A DNA stretch of 63,605 nucleotides, filler included, from Bigelowiella natans CCMP2755 (taxonomy: Eukaryota > Protista > Cercozoa): the NCBI GenBank assembly GCA_000320545.1. It is 5 parts of 5 records of this genome, joined end to end, with 100 filler letters (N's around TTAATTAATTAA, not from the genome) between each part and the next. Parts side by side here need not be neighbours in the genome. Positions count along the whole stretch, not along the records: positions 32,725 to 58,935 come from ADNK01001383.1; positions 59,036 to 62,090 come from ADNK01003427.1; positions 62,191 to 63,605 come from ADNK01002744.1; 2 more parts are not named here. One strand, 5' to 3'. The notes beneath the pieces are model-generated. The model was not told the origin of the DNA and searched no databases. It saw only the letters and a program-made list of their open reading frames with translations. Position numbers and translations under genes: made by a program. Of this stretch, positions 52,665-63,605 are shown in pieces; position 1 is the stretch's first letter; every line of letters begins with the position of its first letter.

Positions 52665-54388
52665 ATGGCTGACGATGACGCGGCCGCCGCCGCCGCACGG
52701 CAGGTTGGATAGAGGGGCTTCGATGATCGAGGAGGGAATCAGTTTAGATACATACGAAGATGGGTCATATATTGTGCTATAACATCCCGCAGGCTCGCCA
52801 GAGAAGGCTGCGCTCCGCGCGGAGAAGGAGAATGGTGCTGATGAACTCGGAAATGCGACTCAAGTCGCTTGCTGGCCAGCCTACGTATGCAACTGCTTTC
52901 CTCTCCTCGTTCGAAAAAATAGACACCTATAGCAGAGAGCACTTCCATCGTATACATGGGGAAATAATGAGGGAGAGAAAGAGAGGGAAAAGAAAGAGAA
53001 AGACAGCAAGACGAGAGGGCGTGAACAAAAACCCATAAATGCGTGTGCATATGTTACTTCTGAAATAATAGAGATGCCACCCCCCAGCTGCGGAAGGCGG
53101 TCAGTGCACCTCCTCTCGAATCTTCTACATCTAGGTATGTGTTGCGCAATGTCCCACAATTTCGTCGCCTTGTCGCAACTGAGCTCAACACTCCGTCCTC
53201 CCCTTTCTGTAGAGTGAGTGAGGAAGAAAATCATATCATGGCCGAGGTCAAAGGGGGCGAGGAAAAGGTGAAAAGTAATCAACCCCCTATTGAAGGCAGC
53301 ATTCCTTCAGCTATCCCTAAACAATCAAAGAGACCCTCCGCGCCCCAACCCTTAACGTAAGAAGAAGTTTGGGATGAAGCTGAAAGGGGGAGGAGAAGGA
53401 GGAGAGTCATAAGCATCTCATAGGGGCGCATGTGCACGGATACTTGAGCGTATTCCTCTCTCCCTTTAATTTGAATTCACTTCGCGAGAAACATTGTAAC
53501 TAAACAAAAAATCGTTACAATCAGAACCTAGGAGAGGCAACCCATGCACTCGATGACCGAAGGCCCTAATATAGATTGTGTTTTGGTTATCAGAAGCGAT
53601 AAGAAGAAGCATTCCACGCGCCCCGATGACACAACAACAACGTCGCACACAGCGCCATCAGTTGGAAGCAGCAGGAGTACCATTACGGCTAGGGATAGCC
53701 CATCGCTTACGTTGGCAGATCTTCTCCACAAACACCGGCCGACGGTCCTCCTCAGCATTATAGCTCTTCTGTCAGCGACATGGTGCGTTGTGTACCGGGA
53801 GCCTGTACCTGCGGAGCTACTCGTTACATCCTGGCTAATGGTTGCTGCACTTCGTTTGATTCATCAACCACCGCGATCGAGGGGTAGCGATAGGCCTAGG
53901 GAAAGCCGGTTGGGGGCGACGGAGTCGGTGGGCGAGGAGTCTTCGCTCCTGCAGCAGTTGTTGGGTAAAAACAGGGGGGGGCTCGTGGCGGCATTAAAAT
54001 TACTAAGCAGGTAGTACTGGATTTTCCCTTATAATAGAAAAGAATGCATGTCATTTGAGTAGTAATAGCCACGAGAAAGGATAGCTTTTGTCGTTCAACA
54101 TGCGGTTCTTCCTACCGCCGAAGAATAGTATTCTTAATAACGCACCGCCTTCTTATCCTCATGCCCTCTCAGATACCCATAGGCTCATGTTGATAATTTG
54201 TCTTAACCAAATGTTTTTTGAGTTGATATCCCGCTTGCCCTAACTCTGTTTCTGGTGTACTCCGTAGGTTCTTCAACGTTTTTTCCGAAGTGTTGCTAGT
54301 GGTAGATGAAATGAACTTAGTTGTTTTCGTCTGGGTTATCTCGACCCAGTGTTCGAGAACAGCCCTTTCGGTTTTTGGGGGCGGATAA
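52665..54388 (+). CDS. GET2/CAML-like tail-anchored-protein insertase subunit, 5 exons
   Basis: Spliced MADDDAAAAAARQ|ARQRRLRSARRRRMVLMNSEMRLKSLAG resembles the CAML N-terminal motif RRRKLLMNSEQRINRIMG. A disordered linker, two hydrophobic helices and a last exon FFNVFSEVLLVVDEMNLVVFVWVI follow. Confidence 0.65.
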
Positions 54389-55590
54389 TCATAGCGGGAG
54401 TAGATATTGTCGCAATTATGATACGAATTCTTATCGTTATAGTATGTGAGCAGCGGTGCAGGAAAACCAGCCATAGCCAAGGTTAATTAGCTAAGCACGC
54501 GTGTGCATAGTGCTGAGTGTTTGATGAACATTCGTATTAAATCTGGATTCGGCCCATCTCTAACTAGCTAGCTAGGCTACATCGGAAACGATGCCTTCAT
54601 TATGCTCTTGCGCGATACCTTTGATCTAGAAGCGGCTGAAGTGTATGACGCTAAGTAAAAATAATGAAATTATCATAACCGCCGATGGAGGTATAATTAT
54701 GTGTGCAAGTGCAAAGCTAGAAAGCTGATGCTGCTGCATCATTCTAGCATTGTACACAAAGGGAGCAAAGGGATAGCGATGAAAATGCTATGCATTATTC
54801 TGCGTGTCATGCTTCATGGGCTTAGATGCAAAGTGATATGCCATCAAACTGTATAGGTGCCAATGACTTCGAAGCGATGCGGTGTCGTTGGAACAGTTAT
54901 GCATCGGATGTTATTGCGTGCGAGACGGATGTAATGAAGTAATCAAATCTTTTCAATGAATCATCGTGTTGTCGTTGTGTTCATCATGCTCCCATAACAC
55001 AAGGACTCCTCTGCTTGATGCTTACTTTCATCGATTATTAAACCATCGTTTTGGCATGCATACAGCGCGAGCACAATGATGACGAGTTTAGTAAGTGAAA
55101 GGGAAAATTGTATGTCTTGCAAATCATTATATCAGAAGTCACTGGCGCCCACACGCACTATAGCACAGATGGACGTGCAGAATGAAATAGTGACCACTTT
55201 GTGATTCCATGCGCCTATTTGCTTTCCACAGATATAAAGCGCGCATGCATGCACGTGCATATTGTTGCGCGTCCAAGCGACACACGTCCATTGATTCACA
55301 CGCCCATGCATACATACATGGCGTAGAGCGGCGCACACAATGATGCATGATGCTGAGTTTTCATTGCATGTAGCACAGAACGCCCACATGTCCAGATACT
55401 ATTCAGCAACAACACCTACACTCGTTTTACACATCTAGACATGTTTTTAGGTGAGGAACAGAGGAACAATGGTGGTGATGATGCAACGATACAGATTTCG
55501 TGCTTCTGCCCTTCTTACCTTTCAGCGCCAACTCCCCCCCCCCTCTCGCTCTCTCTTCCAATCTCTCCTCACGTCTAATTGGCCTGACAC

Positions 55591-57408
55591 TTATTGAGCC
55601 AGTTGCCGTTTTGTGACACGCAATTCATAAGGTTGAAGCATCTCGTCATCACCTGCGATTAAATGAAATGAAGAAAGTTGATAAAACACAACGCAAGACC
55701 TATGCAAGCTGTCTCCCAAACTTGCGGCTAATAGTATGAGGTGTGACGGCAGTCGACTGTGGGCTGTTGTAGCTGTTGTACCATCATCACTCCCCCCCCT
55801 GGATGTTTGTACGAATGCCATTACCTAGACGAGAGGTTGCTGCAGGCTCCGAGTCGTGGTTGATATCAACCACGTACTGTTCCCCGTTAATATCCTCCCG
55901 AATTCTCTGCATTAGAAGAAGAGGAAAATAACAGAATTTTAAAAATGAACGCCACTCTATATACCTCCTATATGTACTCGTACCTGTTCAAGGAAAGGGT
56001 TCTTTGGCACATCTAGCCTGTCCACTCCCTAAAGACAGCAACAGCAGCAGATTCGGCACGACACGGGAAGAGAGGGGGGGTGGGGTGGGGTTAGAATCTC
56101 AAAAAAACAGAAAATGCACAAGATCAATCATATATGTTTAATTCTTGCGATAAATCGCCTGTGTTTTCTGTGCATAGAAAAAAGTATTTGCATGTGGGAG
56201 AGTAGCCTCCCTCCCCCAACTCCCCCCCCCCACCCCCCTCATTTCCATTCTTCCGATCTGACTTGCTCGTCCAAAGTCTCTGAGGCTAAAGATACCAAAC
56301 TCTCCTCGTTGACCCCTAAGATGAGGGAGGAAAGGGGTGAGAAGAAACGTCTGTGACACGGCCTCCTCCTCCTTGTCGCACCCCCCTCAATCCCTCCCTC
56401 CCTCTGCCAATGGTGCCATACCAGCCCCGACATACACCACGGATGATGACGATGATGATGCCATCGTCGTCGCTTTCCCTCGCTTCCTCGTAACAGCGGA
56501 GAGATTTAGACCGGCTTTGCCGAGAAAGAGGTCGTCCTCTGCATAACTGAAGATAGCGTGTGTCGTAGCCTTATCAGCTATCTTGACTCCCTCGCGCCAC
56601 ACAGAGGCAAAGGGTGAGGTGCTGCCCTTAGGATCGAGCAGCTTGACCGTCTGGCCTGCGTTGAGGGACTCGATTTCCTCGACAGATACGCCACTCAAAG
56701 CGGCGAGCCTGACACCGGCATACGCGCGCGCGCGTGTGTGTTTATCTATGTTGTCTGTCGCATATGGAAGAAGAAAAGTACTCATACACACACACACACA
56801 CACACACTCACCTCGAAGGCTGTCTTCGAATCTGCCCGTTTTCGTCCTTCAAATCCGATCTACCGATCATAGGAGCTATTAGGGTGGAGGCCGTGCCAAT
56901 CGTGCACGTAAGGAGGCAAGCTAGTCTCAAAGCTCACAACCGCCATAATCATCATCGTCGGCACCATCATGATCATCATCACGCAAAGACAGTAACAATG
57001 AGCAATCAGCAGCCTTATGAGCAGAGATTCAATCATTTGTGATCCCACTACTGCTACTGCTACTACTACTACGAGTAGCCTACAATCGCAAATCTATTAC
57101 AGACCGAAATCCAACCCACAGAGACCCTCCACGCCTTACAAAATCCTCTAAAGCTGTATCGAATGCCTCTGGAACGATCATCAACGCCTGAAAGAGAAGA
57201 AAAAGATCAAACACCAGTCACAGTTGCATCCTCATGCTATTATATTTATATATAGCTGCTGGTGGTGAGTTACTCATCGCCAACATCAATGAAGTGGAGG
57301 TGGTGATAATTGGTGATGGTGGTGGGGCTTTACAGGAAGGAGCACGATCGCATATTCTCGGTGCAAGAACTCGCCCCCTACAGAGAAATGAGGAAAATAA
57401 CGACGACT

Positions 57409-57442
<34 letters not shown>

Positions 57443-58376
57443 CGGCGTCTATAGAGGCCACTACAGACTGCTTTCTAGCCAAAATTGATTGAATAAGAAA
57501 GCGTGAAGCATCAAGCGGAATTCGCCCACAATCGGCCTCCTTTTGCCCCCATGCGCCATTCCATACAACGATCGCATAACACGTACGCGACGCGCCCGCA
57601 CACACGCTGGGAAGAAAGCTCCACGCCATCGGCCGTCTCTACCTTGCTGCAGCACACTTTCCGCGGAGATGACGTCTATTTGGACGCCGTTCCGCCAAAA
57701 AGGGTAGTAGAAACGGTGTGCCTGAAGCATCGTCATCACGACCATCATCATCATCGTCATCATCATGACAATGATCTTCATCACATATATGAGTATATGC
57801 TTCAAGCTCGCACGCATCTCTCTTCAATATGCCATAATCTCTCCTCAGTAAGTTAGAGGAATGGGTGGTATGGTGTGTTGATGGTCTACTAGCAAGCAGC
57901 ATATGAGATACACCCCATTGAGCAAATGCATAAATGATCACGACAGTTACAGTGATAGTAGTAGTAGTAGCAGTGGTGGTGGTGGTGGTGGTGGTGGTGG
58001 AAGAGCCCCGTAGTTATTATTCACGGTCACCTCATTTGCAAAGTCGAAGGCCGTAGATTGCGGTTGCGCTGCGGTAAGGAAGCAATTTGAGTCCTGTTAG
58101 TCACCACAGCCCCTTGCTATGCGAGCACCATTGGTATGCATGACGTGTTGTCGGGAGGATATATAGAAACACACTATGGTTTTAACATTATTGTTATTGC
58201 CAGAATCCATCATCGGCATCAGTTTTCCTGACAGAGAGGAAAGGCATTGACCTTGCCACGCGAAGACATTCTCAGTGTGATAGATCAAGGCGACCTATGC
58301 AGCAACACGCATCGGTTATCCGAAGTTGAGGAGTGCTGTTGTTGGTGTTGTTTTCTGCTGCGCAGGCCATCGTCAC

Positions 58377-58410
<34 letters not shown>

Positions 58411-58900
58411 GGTATGCATTGATCCAGATACCTTCGATTTTATCGGCGCTAGCCAGATATTCGCATGCGCTCGAGCAAAAGCAAACGTCTCCTTCGCCTG
58501 TGTTGATGTAGCAAAGGTTTGTTTAGCGCCTTCTAGCGGTTGGTACATTAGCCTGCACGATACGCCGCCACACTCGGACTGTTTTTATCATCTACAACTG
58601 CCTCCCGCGGGGCGCACCCCCCATTTCAATTGGTGATTATAAGGGTAGTCCGGTGTCGGTGTGTGTGTCCACTTCTTTTTCTTTTTCTATAAAAAGGATA
58701 TGCACGACTGCCATGCGAGCGGCTCCGTTCCTGACTACAACTACTACTACTACTACTACAACTGATTGCTATCACTACGGCCACTCCCGGGGTCTTGGGA
58801 CCTACCATATCGTGCTACTCGTCAGTATGGGCAAAGATCTCAACCAAGCTCTTCCCGCTGGCGACTCGTTCACTATGTGATCCTTATCTTTCCCCCCACC
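55591..58900 (-). CDS. GH42-like beta-galactosidase, C-terminal part, multi-exon
   Basis: Exons VALIYHTENVFAWQ, YYPFWRNGVQIDVIS, ALMIVPEAFDTALEDFVRRGGSLWVGFR|SDLKDENGQ, RLAALSGVSVEEIESL, AVTRKRGK..VVYVG, EMLQPYELRV match the GH42 trimerisation and C-terminal domains. The 5' boundary is approximate. Confidence 0.75.
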
Positions 58901-58935
58901 TAACCGTCGTCGGAGGGGGGGAGGACACTCACGGG

Positions 58936-59035
58936 NNNNNNNNNNNNNNNNNNNNNNNNNNNNNNNNNNNNNNNNNNNNTTAATTAATTAANNNNNNNNN
59001 NNNNNNNNNNNNNNNNNNNNNNNNNNNNNNNNNNN
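58936..59035. other. Assembly gap linker
   Basis: N-TTAATTAATTAA-N spacer. Confidence 0.98.
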
Positions 59036-59307
59036 CCCCCCCCCCCCTCTCCTTTGGGTAGGGATGGTTTGGGGACGGGGATAATTAACACCCTGGTACC
59101 GGTAACTTTTGGGCAATGCCCAAGGTTCAAGGCAAAGGGGGTTTGTTTAGTCAAAACCCGGGTGAAATTTTGAGACCCCCCCCCCCCCCCCCCTCCTCTT
59201 CCCCCATACATTCATTTTTGTGTGCCTACTAGCCTACCTATTCTTAGCATCAGCCTAATACATTGAAGTAGAGCGCCAACAATGCCATAGTATAGCTTAG
59301 TATATCT

Positions 59308-59347
<40 letters not shown>

Positions 59348-60574
59348 TTTATGTAAGTAGCTATATGAGTTGAACGATGTCGTCTTCCTCTTCCTTGCAT
59401 ACACTATTCTGTGCTGCAATTGTGACTATAATAACCCCTTACTCTCTTCTATTCCCCTCATCGTTGACGCCTATGATATATATATGCAGGAGGGGGAAAT
59501 CGTACCGTCGTCTCCCCCAAGTGATGCTGCTGCGACAGATATCGAAATAGAAGAGTCTTAACCGGTCACAGGCTCAATTCTTGGCAACGCATTGCTGCGG
59601 GTGCGCGAATATAGAACATCCAAATTTTCCGTTGTATCTGCCTCCCATCTAGCCATCTTCATGTGATAGCAGCCAGGCGCAATCCACGCCCTATCAGTGC
59701 AATGTACTACGCACTAGCTACACATATCTAGCAATTGCACATCATTGCAAGCCGCGCTACTATCTGTGTATTAGTTATTTTGGAAGCACGCGCGCTAATA
59801 AAAAGGTGTAGGCCTTTCTAAGCTTTACTATTATTTATGCTGCCAACACTAGCAGCTATGCTAGTTTAAAGAATGCAATATTACCGCTGCGATGCTGACT
59901 GTAGATATTATTAATGATGATGACAGATGGCGCATGACAACGCTAGCTAGAATTACAATGTAGCAATCACTACGGACAATGATGGGGACAGTATGTGTTA
60001 TAATCTAGCCATGTTTAGATGTCGCAGGTGCGCCGCGGCGCTGCAATGATGAACTGTAGCTACATAACAGACAAATGCATGTATGGGGTGTCAATCAACA
60101 TCATTTTTGATCAATGTATCCTCGCTTTTGTCATTAACAATCTCGCGTCACAGCAGTGCGCTGCATTTTTAGTTTGTTACCGCTAACTGCGATGTAGAAA
60201 TGCCTACTTAGCATACAGTAACTAGCTTGCTCTAGAGCTCATTCTGCGCTGGCGGTGGCGTGCGCATGTTATGTTTGGGTTTTCCCTCATGTCCAATCTT
60301 TTTGAATTTAGCATTTACCATGCCGCAGTACGCTAGCACGCTAGCACCTATCACGCGACACTCCTGGCGGCACAAGCTGCATCGTCACCCAGCTAGCTAG
60401 CTAGCCAGTGATTATTTGCCTGCGCATGCATGCATAAGACATCGGAAAGAACATCAAGCCCATCAAATCAAATAACTTGTACGGAGTCATTCACATATCA
60501 AAAGATCACAGCAGCTGCACTGCACTGCCGCGGATTTCCATCGGAACAATGTTTCCATACTCCATCCCTGCCTT

Positions 60575-61647
60575 TCACATCGCCAGCGCGGAGTCGCTCG
60601 TCTTCTGCTCCCTCAGCTTCTTTTGCTCTTTTCGGATGTCCTTGAGCACAGCATTGAGCCTTTTTCGAGAGTGCAATAACAAACGCAGCACGGGTGAATC
60701 TCGCTCTCTGCATCACTCGACGGCACACACTTTCGCGCTCGAGGCGGAATCATCGCATCAGCACAGCAGCAGCCACGGCACAACCGACCGACAACCCGTG
60801 TCGATGCAACCAGTGTACCTTTTCAGAAATCTATCGATGTCGCTCCTTGTCATGCCAATCGCGCATGCCATCACGAGGTAGTCGTGGGGGTAGGCGTTGC
60901 AATGGGATCCATACCTGAGCCGCCACCCACCGTGAGAATAAACGACATCGATAGCCTCTTCTCTACATAATCTATTGCTACTACAAGTACAAGAGACTAA
61001 GTCGTCGTCGTCGCTGCCGTCCTGAAACGAGCGATTCTCACGCCATTTCACTCATCTTTGAAAGGATATGCTATGTCGTAGGCTCGATGCCTTCGTCTCC
61101 CGCCAATATCCTCCTCAACCCCCCTCCCCATCTCATGATCCCCATCGATCATTAATCACTTACCATCAACCATCAGTGTCATCATCATCATCATCGTCAT
61201 CATCATCATCATAAAACATATCTCTTGCTACTACCCCGTGAAGCGTATGCCGCATACAGACCTGCAAAAGCGACAAAACAGCAACCAAAAACACCAACAC
61301 AGCAGCACCAACAACAAACAACAACAACACGTCGCTCACATCGCAAGCTCTCGTCACACAGATGTGCAGCTCCCCGCTTTTACTCTTTAAAGGATTTGAA
61401 AAAAAAAGGGGGGGGGAAAAGGAAAAATACGGCCTCGTGGCCATTGATTCATGGATCTGCCTTTGAACGGAGATGGAGACTTAGCACCACCCCTGTTTCC
61501 TCTTCCTCCTCTTCTTCTTCTTCTTCTTCTTCTTATTATTATTATTATTCTTCATCCTCTTTTTCTTCTTACTTCTCCGTTTTCCTTGCAAACGCCCTCG
61601 GCCCACTGACGCAGCGTTTGAATAGCATCGACCCGACGTAAGTAGGT
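60575..61647 (-). CDS. SEPSECS: O-phosphoseryl-tRNA(Sec) selenium transferase (SepSecS/SLA-LP), C-terminal exons
   Basis: PTYVGSMLFKRCVSGPR (cf. TQLGSMLFTRQVSGAR) and YGSHCNAYPHDYLVMACAIGMTRSDIDRFLKR|LNAVLKDIRKEQ (cf. [31 protein letters not shown]). The intervening exon is unresolved. Confidence 0.85.
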
Positions 61648-62090
61648 CTAATTGGAACAAACACGTGCGCATGCAGAAGGGGGGCGGGGGGGGGGGGAGG
61701 GTAGATAGATAGATAGATAGATAGATAGACAGAGAGAGAATGGAAACATCAATTTTCTCAGTGGAATACTATCACCCCCATGCTACTATTGCTGCTGCTG
61801 TTGCGCTTGAAATTGTCTAAATATTCCAGCTACTGCTGCTACTACGATACGACCGATGATAACCCTCCTCGCCAAGGCAGCATGGGGGCAAATATGGCCA
61901 GCTGCTGCCGTCCCGAGAAAGAAACCATTGCTACAACTTTGAATGAATCTCTACTGCTGCAGCTACTAAATTTTCCATATTCAATATCGAGCTATCTTCT
62001 TCTCTATTCCCCCCCCCCCCGAGACGCTTTTGGGGGTGGGGGGGTGATATGATAACAACACAAACAATTTAGTGGTGGGGGGGGAGATAC

Positions 62091-62190
62091 NNNNNNNNNN
62101 NNNNNNNNNNNNNNNNNNNNNNNNNNNNNNNNNNTTAATTAATTAANNNNNNNNNNNNNNNNNNNNNNNNNNNNNNNNNNNNNNNNNNNN
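62091..62190. other. Assembly gap linker
   Basis: N-TTAATTAATTAA-N spacer. Confidence 0.98.
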
Positions 62191-62742
62191 TTGTGCATTT
62201 CCATCCATTTAATTGTCATTTATTCATTTAAATGATCGAGATTACTCATGCCAGCATGGTGTGCCGAAGTTGAACAATCGCAAATGCAGTGATCTAGCTA
62301 GCTAGGGGGATCACTAGGGTCCACGTGCTAGCGTGCGCGTCTTTGACACACACGCCTAGCACCGCAATGAAATGAAATGGCCATTCATCGTAGATGTGAA
62401 ATGTGGAGGGGGGGGAGGGGGAATCAAATAAAATAAAGTCAATAGCCGCTCTGTGGAAGAGGCTCAGCTATCACCGAAGCAACCGTCTCAATTGCAACTG
62501 TTAATAGAAAGCATAGCATGCCGATAATAATGACGACAGCACCTTTGTACAGTCTGCATCAGTCGTGCATTTTTGCCCAGAGTTGGATGAGCCGTCAGGA
62601 CTCACAGAGCAAAGCTCATCTCTCGTTTGGTACGTTTCTGTGGGAAACCATGCCATTTCGAGAATAACATCGAAAACGAATAATCATATGATCGATATAG
62701 TTAGTATTTTTAGATAGATATGCACACATACACACACACACA

Positions 62743-62776
<34 letters not shown>

Positions 62777-63182
62777 ATACATATAGAAGCGTCATTATCA
62801 AAATCTGAAACAGCGCCATCCAAAATCGAGGACAGAAACATAGCGATGTTGGCCCGTGAAAACGCGCATGATTGGGGCTCAAAATCAAAGATGTTTCAGT
62901 ATCGTTTCAAAATCGAGAATCATTTGCTTTCTGATTCACGACAGGCTCAGCTGCGCCCAACGATGATTCCAGGTGAATGCAGACCGAAGATTATCGGCAT
63001 TACGCCCGCTCAAAAATGCTCATTTTCGCCTATCTACTCGTGGCTAGTACCAACAAAGCGCGTGGTGACAAAGAATGCGCCCTGATAGCAGCAATTGTGC
63101 ATGGCAGAAGGAAAATATGCAGCTTGTAAATGTTTAAGAATGTATGCAGTATCATATATTGGATGCTTATAAATTATATAGT

Positions 63183-63252
<70 letters not shown>

Positions 63253-63459
63253 GAGAGAAAGAGAATAGATGGGAGGGGCAGAGAAAATGGCATGTGTTTT
63301 GTTGAATAGGATACAGACTCTATTGCCTCCTCCTCCTCCTCCCCACCCTCTTCTTTCATGAGCATCATTTCAACAGGCCACCTGCATGGTTGGGGGCATG
63401 ACAATATCTTGTGCGTCGTATACTTGAATAGGACTCCCTGACGATAACAACAACGATTA

Positions 63460-63516
<57 letters not shown>

Positions 63517-63605
63517 CGTGTGCGTGCGTGTGTATGTGTATGTGTGTGTGTGTGTGTCACATGTGTAATGTTTCTGAGAAACTCACCGGTATTATTCATG
63601 TAGCC

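Noticed and set aside
60680-60770. In-frame TGA codons near SepSecS as possible selenocysteine codons
   Set aside because: They lie inside the last intron, and the spliced frame is open without them.

Overview
Eukaryotic nuclear DNA from an intron-rich protist or alga. The gene content, a bipartite-leader-like N-terminus and microsatellite-filled introns suggest a chlorarachniophyte or other rhizarian host genome; this is inference. Five contigs are joined by artificial 100-bp N/TTAATTAATTAA linkers. Most genes are spliced, so the ORF track misses or fragments them. Genes rebuilt by hand: SPFH/stomatin-like protein, transglutaminase-like protein, SGNH hydrolase, LSm3, a secreted low-complexity protein, GH5 endoglycoceramidase-like enzyme, RPA1, a WD40-like protein, GH18 chitinase-like protein, TEY-type MAPK, class I fumarase, ThiD-ThiE fusion, PiT/PHO4 phosphate transporter, a tandem zinc-finger ORF with an internal TAG, a GET2/CAML-like protein, GH42 beta-galactosidase and SepSecS. 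The 3' half of a 28S rRNA gene is also present. The most unusual signal is non-genic: tracts almost free of the TpA dinucleotide (one TA in about 830 bp at 29293-30121). They keep CpG, are rich in CA/TG, spare CTAG, lie 3' of genes or between convergent genes, and contain ORFs that read as if Tyr codons were converted to Cys/His. This points to a localised TA->CA/TG hypermutation process, the opposite of fungal RIP, possibly linked to a DNA base modification at termination zones.
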